From contig CBDHHL010000056.1 in assembly GCA_965263355.1 (NCBI GenBank), positions 2,240,001 to 2,304,000 on the forward strand: 64,000 bases of DNA. Reading direction: 5' to 3'. Every line of letters starts with the position of its first letter. Position 1 is the stretch's first letter. Shown here piece by piece: positions 31,638-41,622 of the stretch. Source of the DNA: Leptolyngbyaceae cyanobacterium. GTDB taxonomy: Bacteria; Cyanobacteriota; Cyanobacteriia; Phormidesmidales; Phormidesmidaceae. The translations under genes were made by a program, and so were the position numbers. The notes under the pieces are model-generated. The model was not told the DNA's origin. It worked only from the letters and a program-made list of their open reading frames with translations, and made no database searches.

Positions 31638-32803
31638 TGGGGTTGCTTGGCTACAACACAGCCTGCTGCTGCTGCAAAACTGATACCAGCCACTAATAAC
31701 GAGGTACTCAAACCCAAGTTAGCGCCCATGCTACCCAATACACTCATCGCCACAGCACCACCGCTGAAGTAAAGGCCAGTGCCTAACCCCGCTTTGGCCG
31801 GTGGCACCATGGATAGGGCGTAGGGTAACGTGCCATTGGCCACCAGACTAAAAGCAATGCCGATTGCGATCGCAACCAAAACCGCCACTCCAGGCGACCC
31901 TAGTATACTCGTCATCGCTGCCGCTACTATCAGTCCGCCAAACCCAGACAACATCGCCGTTCGATTGCCCAACCTAGTCCCTAACTGACCACAGGGCAAC
32001 GCACTCACCGCCACGGTCACAAACAGTGCCACCATCATCAACTTTGGCTGACTAAATCCCGTATTCTTCACCGCCGCCGGAAAACTTTGGAGCAACAGCC
32101 TTAAGCCCAAAGCTACCCCTGCCCCCGTGCCAAATATCCACGGCAGATTTGCCCATGGAATACTAGCATTGGTATCGTCTGCAGACGGAACGTTGGCAAC
32201 CGTTTGATTCGGATTAATTTGCCGTAATATCCAGGCCGCCAACAAAAGCACCACCGTACCAATGGAAAATGCCGCCAGAGACCCTAAACCTAAAATAAAT
32301 TCACTTGCCAAGGGAGCCATGGCCCCCGTTACGCCACCCACCATGGTCAATACACTAGCAGCTTGGGGTAAGTCCGATTCAAACGCATAGCGCCCGAGCA
32401 AGGATAGGGCTGGACTCCGGAAAATAGTCATCGCCAACGCCCAGGCGACTAAGGCCACAGGCAACAACGGCTTAAGGGATATACCAACCAACACCAATAA
32501 GGGAATCCCAAAAAAGCAAAAGGCCGCCACAATCATCCCCAGAGCAATCTGCGGAAAACGGCTACCCACCCAATGCTGACGCTGGTCAGAAAAGCTCCCC
32601 ATCAGGGGTTCCATCACTGCGCCCAGAGCATTTTCAATCACAAGCAGTAAGGTGGCTAAACTAGCCGCAAACCCCAGAGCGACTAGCAAATCCTCCAGAT
32701 ACAGGTTGTAAATCACCCAAGTCAGGGAAATCGCCCCTTGAACTGCGGCTAACCCTAACACCTGGAGCCAAAGAATTCGCTGTTCTACCGCTGCATTACT
32801 CAT
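31634..32803 (-). CDS. MFS transporter
   Basis: About 12 TM helices, GSFSDQ motif-A-like loop. Confidence 0.9.
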   Translation of the reverse strand: MSNAAVEQRILWLQVLGLAAVQGAISLTWVIYNLYLEDLLVALGFAASLATLLLVIENALGAVMEPLMGSFSDQRQHWVGSRFPQIALGMIVAAFCFFGIPLLVLVGISLKPLLPVALVAWALAMTIFRSPALSLLGRYAFESDLPQAASVLTMVGGVTGAMAPLASEFILGLGSLAAFSIGTVVLLLAAWILRQINPNQTVANVPSADDTNASIPWANLPWIFGTGAGVALGLRLLLQSFPAAVKNTGFSQPKLMMVALFVTVAVSALPCGQLGTRLGNRTAMLSGFGGLIVAAAMTSILGSPGVAVLVAIAIGIAFSLVANGTLPYALSMVPPAKAGLGTGLYFSGGAVAMSVLGSMGANLGLSTSLLVAGISFAAAAGCVVAKQPQ

Positions 32804-32855
32804 AGCAACTCATCTAACTCATAAACCAATATACGGACATTTGACGCCATATCCC

Positions 32856-32894
32856 TGCCTGTAGGGGTATGGCATGCAATGCCCCCTACAGGCA
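32856..32894. repeat. GTAG-type REP palindrome
   Basis: TGCCTGTAGGGG...CCCCTACAGGCA, perfect 12-bp arms. Confidence 0.8.
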
Positions 32895-32898
32895 AAAT

Positions 32899-34230
32899 TC
32901 ACCCGCTAATAGACGGCAACCAATTCACCAAACCTGGAAACGCAATAATGGCCACTAACACCAATAGCTGCAGTGCGATAAATGGCACCACACCGCGATA
33001 AATATTGCCCGTAGAGACCTCTTTCGGAGCTACCCCCCTGAGATAAAACAAAGCAAATCCAAAGGGCGGTGTCAAAAATGACGTTTGCATGTTGGCTCCA
33101 ATAATCACCCCGTACCACACCAGATCCATGCCCAACTGCTGAGCAACCGGAGCAAAGAGGGGAATCACGATAAAGGCAATCTCAAAGAAATCAATAAAGA
33201 AACCGAGGATAAAAATCGTCAGCATACTGACAATCAAAAAGCCAACATTGCCCCCTGGCAACTGGGTCAGCACATCAAAAATAAAGCTGTCCCCACGCAA
33301 ACCACGAAACACCAAGCTAAAGGCCGTCGACCCCAATAGGATAAAAATCACCATGGTCGTGGTTCGCAGGGTGCTGTCACACACGTCTCGCAAACTGCGG
33401 AAGGTTAGCTGTCGATTAAACGCCGCCAGCACCATCGCCCCCACCGCGCCTAAAGCCCCTGCCTCCGTCGGTGTAGCAATGCCAAAGAAAATGCTGCCGA
33501 GTACAAGCAAAATTAATACCAGTGGTGGCACCATCACCCTCAGTACCTTTAGCAGCAGGGCTTGACCACGGGTTTTTAGTAGCTCTGGGGGTAGCGCAGG
33601 CAGCAAATCGGGACGGCTGACGGCAATGATCACCACATGCACTACAAAGGCAGCGGCCATTAGTAGCCCAGGGATAAAAGAGCCTAAAAATAAATCACCA
33701 ACGGACACCCCTAGCTGATCGGCCAACACCACCAGTACAATGCTCGGTGGAATAATTTGGCCAAGGGTGCCTGATGCGGCAATAACTCCGGTCGCCACAT
33801 CTTTGTTGTAGCCGTAGCGCAACATCGTTGGCAGGGAAATTAAGCCCATGGTGACTACTGTTGCGGCTACCACACCAGTGGTGGCAGCGAGTAAGGCCCC
33901 TACGACAACAACTGCGATCGCTAATCCTCCCCGCAGTCGACCAAACAGGCTACCCATGGTTTCTAGCAGGTTTTCCGCAATGCCTGACTTCTCCAGCATG
34001 GCCCCCATAAAAATAAAATAGGGAATCGCCAGCAGGGTGAAATTATTCATGATGCCAAATATACGCTGGGGCATCGCCGTCATAAAGATGGGATCAAATA
34101 CCCCAAAGGCAATGCCCAATAGGCCAAATAAAATGGCCACTCCCCCAAGGGAAAAGGCCACCGGGTAGCCCAGGGACAAGAGTACCAACGCCCCCGCAAA
34201 CATTAAGGGTCCCAGCCAATCAATCAGCAT
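32899..34230 (-). CDS. dctM: TRAP transporter large permease
   Basis: LLAIPYFIFMG, GTLGQIIPPS, TPTEAGA, FLTPPFG. Confidence 0.95.
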   Translation of the reverse strand: MLIDWLGPLMFAGALVLLSLGYPVAFSLGGVAILFGLLGIAFGVFDPIFMTAMPQRIFGIMNNFTLLAIPYFIFMGAMLEKSGIAENLLETMGSLFGRLRGGLAIAVVVVGALLAATTGVVAATVVTMGLISLPTMLRYGYNKDVATGVIAASGTLGQIIPPSIVLVVLADQLGVSVGDLFLGSFIPGLLMAAAFVVHVVIIAVSRPDLLPALPPELLKTRGQALLLKVLRVMVPPLVLILLVLGSIFFGIATPTEAGALGAVGAMVLAAFNRQLTFRSLRDVCDSTLRTTTMVIFILLGSTAFSLVFRGLRGDSFIFDVLTQLPGGNVGFLIVSMLTIFILGFFIDFFEIAFIVIPLFAPVAQQLGMDLVWYGVIIGANMQTSFLTPPFGFALFYLRGVAPKEVSTGNIYRGVVPFIALQLLVLVAIIAFPGLVNWLPSISG

Positions 34231-34786
34231 CACCAGCCTCCCCATCTAGTGGTGCATCCTCCGCTGGTAAATGGCCAGAAAAAATGGCCCAATGTTTAAT
34301 CGCTTCTGAAATTCCCTGCAATATCAACAGCCCAAAGCTGACTAAAATCATCGCCTTAATCGGGTAACGGGGTAGACCGTTCGGATCGGGCGACATTTCC
34401 AAAATCTGCCACGATTTGATGACTGCGCCCCAGGAGAAATAAATCACCAGGGCAGAAAATGGAATGAGAAACAACACCGTCCCAATAAAATCTGCCAACG
34501 CTTTGTGCCGCCGAGACCAGCGATCATAAAACACATCCACTCGCACATGACCGCCCCTTTGCAGGGTGTAAGCAGCCCCCAGCAAAAAGACAATGTCAAA
34601 TAAGTACCATTGGGTTTCGATCAGAGCATTGGAACTGAGGTTTTGACCCACCAGATTACCGAGATAGCGACCAATGACATTCCAGGTGCCAACGCCAATC
34701 ATCGCCAGTACTAACCAGTAGGCGAACTTGCCGATTTGACGGGTAAATGCATCTATCTTGCGAGCGATAGAGAGTAAGGACTGCAA
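34220..34786 (-). CDS. dctQ: TRAP transporter small permease
   Basis: Four TM, GGHVRVDVFY; overlaps dctM start. Confidence 0.93.
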   Translation of the reverse strand: MQSLLSIARKIDAFTRQIGKFAYWLVLAMIGVGTWNVIGRYLGNLVGQNLSSNALIETQWYLFDIVFLLGAAYTLQRGGHVRVDVFYDRWSRRHKALADFIGTVLFLIPFSALVIYFSWGAVIKSWQILEMSPDPNGLPRYPIKAMILVSFGLLILQGISEAIKHWAIFSGHLPAEDAPLDGEAGDAD

Positions 34787-34951
34787 AGTGTTTAGCCTAT
34801 TTTCTACCGGGGTATTTTATACCGTTGTGATGGGTATGTAGGGTGCGATCGCACAATTTGCAACGTTTTTACTCACCAGTCACCGAGCATATTTTCGGTT
34901 GATCAGTCTACCCAAAGCCAGGATAAGGATATGGTAAAGGGCACGATAATC

Positions 34952-35449
34952 TTACCAGCCCATTGTTCCAGGCTCCCCTTTAAAGGGACCTGCTAAATCT
35001 TGAGTAATCCATCCGCCATAGTAACTGCCAGCCTGAGGGATAGCCAATTCTCCATTAACGTAGCACGCATCCATTTGTCGAGCTGGAAAACAGTAATATT
35101 GAGTGAGCGGTACAAAATCTGGCGTTGGCTCAAAAAACCTCCAAGCTCCACGGGAAGCTCGTTGCTCGCCTACAACAACATCGTAATAATATGACATCCC
35201 CTTCCATTCGCAAAAAGAAACATCTCCTGTATGAATCACACAGTCAAGATCAACGTCAGATTCAGGAAAGTAATAGGTGGGCGGATGGCTCGTTTCAAGG
35301 ACGCGTTTGCCCTGATGCGTCTCAGCAATAACCACGCCGTTAAAAACAACTTTTAGGTACTTATTAGTATCTTCCCAGCGAGCAGGACGAGGATAATCCC
35401 ATACAGATTCTTGACCAGGCTGAGGCGGAATTGGAGTAGGTCGTATCAT
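34952..35449 (-). CDS. DUF427 domain protein
   Basis: ESVWDYPRP, LETSHPPTYY, FCEWKG, GPFKG. Confidence 0.9.
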   Translation of the reverse strand: MIRPTPIPPQPGQESVWDYPRPARWEDTNKYLKVVFNGVVIAETHQGKRVLETSHPPTYYFPESDVDLDCVIHTGDVSFCEWKGMSYYYDVVVGEQRASRGAWRFFEPTPDFVPLTQYYCFPARQMDACYVNGELAIPQAGSYYGGWITQDLAGPFKGEPGTMGW

Positions 35450-35480
35450 TGATTGTGTGTTTTTAGTCTTGCTTAGCAGA

Positions 35481-36839
35481 TTATAATTGGCTTTCAATTT
35501 TCTTGAAAACCCAATCAGGGATACTATGCTCTGTGGAGTAGACCTGATTGTATTTCTGCTCAAGCTGTTCCCAATTAATTGTGTCGTCTGCTAGCACCTC
35601 TTTTTCAAAGACATCTAAAGCGATTCCTGACAAGCCTTTCTCTAGACATCGCTTCATCGCCAGTCGGCTTTCATCAATTTCACCAATACACTCAAAAGGT
35701 GTATGTTCTGCTAATCCAATCATTTCTCGGAACGTTGGCAACAGGTCTTCATCATTAAACAGATTCACTCCAAATACAGCGTCCACCAAGGTCGAATCGA
35801 AGGTAGCCATTAATCCCAGCCAAACATAGGCACACTTGGGACATTTTTTACACCATGGCTTCTGAATATTACAAGAATGAATGTGCGGCAACAATTCTGG
35901 ATACTGGGCGAGTTTCTTGAAGATACGAATATCATAAATAGGTTGCAAAATACTAAAATAGTTAAAGTTGGCCAGCAGATGGGTTTGAATAAAATCATTT
36001 AGAACTTTTTCAGCTTCATACCCTTTGCCCCATTGATGATTGACCTCCTGATCCAGATCTTGCCAGAACAAGTTGCCTGTGTTGGCACTTTTTTCATGGG
36101 CAAGGCAAAGATGCTGATATCCATGAGCAAGCATCAGGGGTAGCGATTCAAAAATAGATACTGGGGTTTCTGGGACAGTAATTCCTGAATTTTCGGGAAA
36201 GTAAAGTTCAAATAGAGGATAATCCAAGAAATCATCGTATATGGAAATCCGATGACGTTGGATTGGGGCCATATGGGACACGACTTGATCAATCAGTTTG
36301 TGCTGAAAATCTGCCTTGCCATAGACACTGTGGGAGTACTGCATTGAGGCAAAGGCAATGTCAGATTCTTGCAAAAGCTTGAGGGCAACTGCACTGTCTT
36401 TTCCACCGCCACAAGCCGCAAGAATAGTATCATAACTACCAGAGATGGTAAATGATCGCTGCTGCGCTAAAGAGACACCAGGATAAACCATGGTTGGCCC
36501 TAGATAGTCGGTGACATTATTTTCATACCAATGTTGTCCGAAGACCCCTTGATAAATACTGGCAAATAGTTCTAATGCCGCAGGCTCAAGGTGTTCTGCA
36601 ATGAGACCGATGTCATAAGTTTTTGGAAACAGAGAACAAAGCTTCATTCCTTCGAACAGAGCAATGTAAGCAACGATTCGATCAATGTTTCCTTGGGTGT
36701 ATTTGCGAATCAGGTCAGGGAAAGAAACATCGTGATAAAACACCTTTGTTGAAAAGTGCAGGCGATCAGCACTATACTTCAAATCTAAGTGATAAGGATG
36801 AGTGATGACCTGACAAATTTTGATCGCTTCAACTCTCAT
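35481..36839 (-). CDS. MurL-like PP-loop (adenylating) enzyme
   Basis: GGGKDS, EKSA, VNHQWGK, SCN...WCKKCPKC, PFECIG; motif order as in MurL epimerase. Confidence 0.7.
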   Translation of the reverse strand: MRVEAIKICQVITHPYHLDLKYSADRLHFSTKVFYHDVSFPDLIRKYTQGNIDRIVAYIALFEGMKLCSLFPKTYDIGLIAEHLEPAALELFASIYQGVFGQHWYENNVTDYLGPTMVYPGVSLAQQRSFTISGSYDTILAACGGGKDSAVALKLLQESDIAFASMQYSHSVYGKADFQHKLIDQVVSHMAPIQRHRISIYDDFLDYPLFELYFPENSGITVPETPVSIFESLPLMLAHGYQHLCLAHEKSANTGNLFWQDLDQEVNHQWGKGYEAEKVLNDFIQTHLLANFNYFSILQPIYDIRIFKKLAQYPELLPHIHSCNIQKPWCKKCPKCAYVWLGLMATFDSTLVDAVFGVNLFNDEDLLPTFREMIGLAEHTPFECIGEIDESRLAMKRCLEKGLSGIALDVFEKEVLADDTINWEQLEQKYNQVYSTEHSIPDWVFKKIESQL

Positions 36840-36996
36840 AAGTGGTTATAAATCATCTTTCATCAGCTAGCTAAATCGGGTCACCGAATTTGGAACCGCT
36901 ATGACAAAATCAGTGCCTTAGTGTGGCAGAGTTCTATTCGGCAAACTATTCGAATCTATTCTATGTCAGAGGTTTACTGTGCCGGATAGCTCACGA

Positions 36997-38029
36997 TCAA
37001 ACCCTTTGCGCCAATATCAAACCAAACCACCGCTGCTCATCGGTAAAAGTTTTCAATACCTTTAATCTGTTGGAAGTTAGCTGTTGTTGAATTTCAGCCG
37101 GGTCAAACTTGCGAGAAATTTCGCTCAGCAAACGCTCTCCTTTTGAAAACTGGACTGTCAAATCCAATTTTTTCAAGGGTAACAGTTTGCGTTTGTTGAC
37201 TCTCCAAATACATTTCAATCCGATGCTCTTCAGAGTTATAAATAGCCTGATGGTGAAACTGATCTAGACAAAAATCACCGTCATAGCGATAGTTGAGATG
37301 CCGCAACATGTTGAGATTAAACATCGCTGTGACCTCCTGGGCATCGTTATAAGCCGCTTCTACTATGGCAATATCTTTCTGCAAATCTACCCCTAGTAAA
37401 AAGAAGTGACCTAAGTCAAGGGCACTGCTTACTTGCCGCAAAAAGCGATCGCATTGGTCAGGCGATAAATTTCCCAAGGTGCTGCCAATAAACATCACCA
37501 TACGTGTGGCTAACTGAGTCTCTGGCAAAGACTGTAGGGCTGGTTTATAAGTGCCGACCAGGCCATGTATGCTAAGCCTTGGATAATCGTACAGCAGTTG
37601 TTCGGAGCTAGCTTGGAGCATCGTCCCACTGACATCCACAGGTACGTAGCGCAAGGGTAAACCATTCGCCTGATAAGCATCTAATAAAATACGAGTTTTA
37701 GTTGCACTACCACTGCCTAATTCCACCAATTCACAGGCACCAGTCAACTGGGTAATCTCATGGGCATAGCGATGAAAAATAGCCGATTCTGTGCGAGTAG
37801 GATAATACTCCGGCAGTGCACAAATTTTCTCAAACAACTCGGAGCCGAGCCGATCATAAAAATATTTTGGGGGTAAAGATTTGGGTGTTTTAGTGAGGCC
37901 CTCAACTACATCCTGTCCATCAACAGTAACCGCCAAAGCAGCCTCATTGTCTAGATCTTGAATGTGTAAGCGAGTAGATGCGGGAATGCTGCGAGGGCAA
38001 TCAACTGCAGAAGAAGTCATAGCAATCAA
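36997..38029 (-). pseudogene. egtD: Histidine trimethyltransferase EgtD with +1 frameshift in an A6 run (or sequencing error)
   Basis: PKYFYD, YYPTRTE, ELGSGSATKT, GSTLGN, AYND; conserved EISRKF tail lies in another frame after 37168-37173. Confidence 0.85.
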
Positions 38030-38088
38030 AAATCAACAGAGATAGTTTAGCTTGAAATGTTACGTCTTCTTTACAGGATAAACCTGTA

Positions 38089-39342
38089 CTACAACGCGCA
38101 ACGGAACCCCATAAATAGCTCCCTGACGTGAGGTTCGTACCAGTTACGAAAGCTGGGCCGCAGCGCCCAGGGCCGTGTGGCCCAACTTCCTCCCCGCAGC
38201 ACCCGGTGACCATCATCGAAATAAACTGCCGAGTATCCTTGGTAAGGATATGCCTGAAAACCAGGATAGGGACGAAACCAGCTATCGGTCCATTCCCAGA
38301 CGTTCCCTAGCAGGTCATAACACCCGTAGTCACTCACCGCCTGGTTAGATTCCCCCACAGGACTGGTATAGCCGAGACGATGATCGCAGTTAATCTGCGC
38401 TAGCAGCTTAGGTAATTTTGCCCTTAATCCCTTCGCCGCCAGTGCCCACTCTGCCTCTGTTGGCAGCCGTTTGCCAACAAATCGGGCATAGGCACTAGCT
38501 TCGTACCAATTCACACCACACACCGGATGATAACTAAAGGCCGCGATATCATGACTGGGCCAATATAAAGGCTGACTCACCTGGCTCGACTGTAACCACC
38601 GCCAACCCTCACTACACCACCACTGCCGATCTTGATACCCTGATGCTGCTATGAACGCTTCATACTGACTACAGGTAACAGGCACCCGGTCGATCTGATA
38701 CGATTTCATCTCCACCCAGTGGGCAGGTCGTTCGTTATCAAAAGCAATGTCGGCCTCAGGCAGGTTAGAGGCCAGCCCCATCTGTACAGACTGTCCGGGA
38801 ATCTTGACCATGCCAACCGTTTCTGGGGAAAGCTTATTCCCAGTCTGAGCCACAGGCTGTCGCAAAGGTGTTTTGTGCCCCTGGGTTTGATGCAGGGCCA
38901 TCACCAAAGATATCGTTTCATTATGCTGGCACTCATGCTGGATCAACCAGTGCCAGAGACGTCTCTGGTCACTTAAGGGGGCACTCTCAAAATACGCCAA
39001 GGTCCGTTGACGAATATCTTCCAGAAAGATTAATAATTCGTCTAAACTCGGAAGCAATTGCCGTTGAGCTTTGGGCAAGCCATCCGCCGCAAACAGCTTC
39101 TCGTAGTGGGTATAGGGAGATGACTGCTGAGCTAGATGTTCTAAAACCCACAGCGACTCAGTGAAGGCGATATGTCCTAAATGCCAACCCACAGGACTAA
39201 AATCAGGGTGAGCCTGTTGTTGCAACACTCGTTTGCTAATACCTTGCACCAGTGTCAAAGTTCTGTCACGACATTGCTGCAGCGTATTTTTAAGGTAGTC
39301 ACGTAATTGCGCCTCATCCATCGAGCCAGTAATAGGAAACAT
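38089..39342 (-). CDS. egtB: Ergothioneine sulfoxide synthase (DinB_2 + FGE-sulfatase)
   Basis: SPVGWHLGH, QHECQHNE, RLPTEAEW, GNVWEW, RGGSW, GFRC. Confidence 0.88.
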   Translation of the reverse strand: MFPITGSMDEAQLRDYLKNTLQQCRDRTLTLVQGISKRVLQQQAHPDFSPVGWHLGHIAFTESLWVLEHLAQQSSPYTHYEKLFAADGLPKAQRQLLPSLDELLIFLEDIRQRTLAYFESAPLSDQRRLWHWLIQHECQHNETISLVMALHQTQGHKTPLRQPVAQTGNKLSPETVGMVKIPGQSVQMGLASNLPEADIAFDNERPAHWVEMKSYQIDRVPVTCSQYEAFIAASGYQDRQWWCSEGWRWLQSSQVSQPLYWPSHDIAAFSYHPVCGVNWYEASAYARFVGKRLPTEAEWALAAKGLRAKLPKLLAQINCDHRLGYTSPVGESNQAVSDYGCYDLLGNVWEWTDSWFRPYPGFQAYPYQGYSAVYFDDGHRVLRGGSWATRPWALRPSFRNWYEPHVRELFMGFRCAL

Positions 39343-39528
39343 AAGAGAAGTCTTAAAGAAAAGACATTAAAGACATTGATGAATCGTTAATCTCACGAAT
39401 GAGTAACAATAACCTCACAAGCATCGTAACCAAAGATTTTTACCGACTACAGAAGAAGATTTTCAGACGATTGAAATTTTCTCCATTAAGAAAGTTCCCT
39501 CTAAACTAAGTTACTTGCTAGCGTCTGC

Positions 39529-39768
39529 TTATTCACTACAAGTAAGTGTAGATGCAACTGTAGAGACAATCCGAAATTTATCCTGAGCTGAGAATCGATA
39601 CAACAAAACCTGCAAAGCAGCCAAAAGCAAGGTACCTAAAGACACTCCAGCAGAAAATGCTAACTGGCAAGGGATGGAGTCAGAGACTGAGACAACTTTA
39701 AGGTGTTTTTCGAATGATGATATGACGTAAATTGGACAGGGCTTGGAGACAAACTCAGTGTCGAAAAA
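39529..39768 (-). pseudogene. Relic of an NRPS condensation domain
   Basis: Hand translation CQLAFSAGVSLGTLLLAALQVLLYRFSAQDKFRIVSTVAS resembles C-domain GVTLFMxLLAAFQVLLYRYSGQxDIxIGxPxA; bounded by stops, no ATG. Confidence 0.55.
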
Positions 39769-40049
39769 CTATCCACTCGATTACACCTCTATATGCCTAA
39801 GTATTAAGTATTTTAAATGCTAATATTGCTCGATAGCAGGCAAGGATAAAAGTATAGGTTGCAATTAATCAGTTCGTCTGTAAAGAACAACTATCTACCT
39901 CCGTAAATGCAACAGATAAGCTAATTCTATATGGAAGAAATTTTATGGAAATATTTTAGGTATACAGACTTAAAGATCCATAATCACAGTCATTCATTGG
40001 TAAAGAATGCTGGAATTGCCTCTCGTGATAGTTTCAAAACATGAAATCA

Positions 40050-40844
40050 TCAGGAAGCGCGATTAAATTGACGAATATGAGGTTGCAGATCGTTAGCAGC
40101 AACCGTCAGGCTATGGGACTGGGCTAGGGGCTCCCAATCATCGACGAACAAAGGTTCAGAAGCCAGAATAACGCCCTTAGGTTGACGTAGCAAGTAAAAC
40201 GAAGGGGCCTGGGCCTGGTTATCAAAACGGCAAGCTACCAGTTTTTGACCATCGCTCAACACAATCGTCCCCGATACCCTCACATCATATTTATTGGCTA
40301 AAGATTGAATCATGACAATCGCTTGCTCCAACGCTCCCAACAATTCCAACTGAGGATCTAGCTCTAGCAAATGGGTAATCAGGGCAAAAATATGTTCAGA
40401 GTCAGTCAAACCATAAATATTTTGATAAGCGACATCGCCAATCAGATCCCGCATAGGACGATAGAGCGTCTGACGAAATTTCTCGATCCAACCGTTATGG
40501 ATAAATAGCAGCTGACCATGGCGAAACGGCTGACAATTACTAAAGTCCAGCGGTAAACCCGGCGTAGCACTACGAATATTGGCAACAAAGGAGCGAGCAC
40601 GAATGTAGCGACACAGATGAGGTAAGTTCGCATCATTCCAAATAGGTAATACATTGCGATAGATAAACGGCTCCGCCATCAGATCGTCAGGATGATGCCA
40701 GCCTAGGCCAAACCCATCTGCATTTAGCAAGGCAATTTGTAATTCTTTGGGTTGATAGCTTTGAACAACTAATGAATGTTTGGGTTTAAATATAAGCTCT
40801 TCAAGGGGGATAGACGCTCCTAAATACGCAAGTAAACGACACAT
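40050..40844 (-). CDS. egtC: Ergothioneine biosynthesis Ntn-amidohydrolase
   Basis: MCRLLAYLG (N-terminal Cys), NADGFGLGW, RSAT, HNG, TDSE. Confidence 0.92.
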   Translation of the reverse strand: MCRLLAYLGASIPLEELIFKPKHSLVVQSYQPKELQIALLNADGFGLGWHHPDDLMAEPFIYRNVLPIWNDANLPHLCRYIRARSFVANIRSATPGLPLDFSNCQPFRHGQLLFIHNGWIEKFRQTLYRPMRDLIGDVAYQNIYGLTDSEHIFALITHLLELDPQLELLGALEQAIVMIQSLANKYDVRVSGTIVLSDGQKLVACRFDNQAQAPSFYLLRQPKGVILASEPLFVDDWEPLAQSHSLTVAANDLQPHIRQFNRAS

Positions 40845-40898
40845 GATAAGGGATAAAAGAATGATCAGCATCCCCCTAGACGCCACTCAGGGGATATC

Positions 40899-41282
40899 TT
40901 AATTGGTTGTCAATGAGAAGGCAGCAGTCGCTAACAATCCCCAACCAATAATCAGAGCCAGTCCACCAATTGGCGTCACGGCTCCTAACACCTTAATTCC
41001 AGATAGACTCAGACCGTAAAGGCTACCAGAAAAGATCATAATCCCCATCAGAAATGCCCAACTTGCGTAAGTCAACCAGCTATTGGTCGGAAGTTGTAAC
41101 CACAGCAGCCCTACCAGCAATAAAGCCAGGGAATGATATATCTGGTAGCGTACGCCTAACTCAAACGTAGCTAAGGCCTTTTCGGTCAGCTGCGCTTTGA
41201 GTGCATGGGCACCAAAGGCACCGCCTGCCACAGATAAGCCACCTAAGATGGATGCGATCGCAATACACAAACGAGGATTCAT
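40899..41282 (-). CDS. DUF423 (YgdD/TMEM256) membrane protein
   Basis: GAFGAHAL, YQIYH, FSGSLY, TPIGG. Confidence 0.93.
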   Translation of the reverse strand: MNPRLCIAIASILGGLSVAGGAFGAHALKAQLTEKALATFELGVRYQIYHSLALLLVGLLWLQLPTNSWLTYASWAFLMGIMIFSGSLYGLSLSGIKVLGAVTPIGGLALIIGWGLLATAAFSLTTN

Positions 41283-41559
41283 AGGTGCACACAGAAAATA
41301 AACCTCTTTTAGGGTAACAATGCCCCACTATCTTGTCCGAGGGATTATTGACATCGATCAAGACAGTACTCGCTTTAATCTCATTACTCTGGTGGGCACA
41401 GTCAATGCCCCCTCGATTCGGGACTGACATCTCTGAACAACAATATTGACTTCCCCCTTCTCACCAGCTTCTTAAGAATAGTCCTGCGGCTAATGCTGGC
41501 AATAATGCAGTCGCTACCACAAGCAATCCCATGGATAGTCAAGATTGTTCGCTGTGACT

Positions 41560-41584
41560 CTGCCCCCCAGAATTGGGGGTGCAG
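41560..41584. repeat. CCCCCAGAATTGGGGG cyanobacterial palindromic repeat
   Basis: ctgcCCCCCAGAATTGGGGGtgcag. Confidence 0.6.
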
Positions 41585-41622
41585 CAGGACCACGCATTAC
41601 CACAAGATTACTATCAGATCCC

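Noticed and set aside
38089..39342. Sulfoxide synthase as OvoA or selenoneine SenA
   Set aside because: No C-terminal methyltransferase domain and no senB/selD-like neighbours; egtC and egtD context fits EgtB
41290..41620. Short ORFs between DUF423 and chlM
   Set aside because: Frames are short and motif-free; only a palindromic repeat is evident
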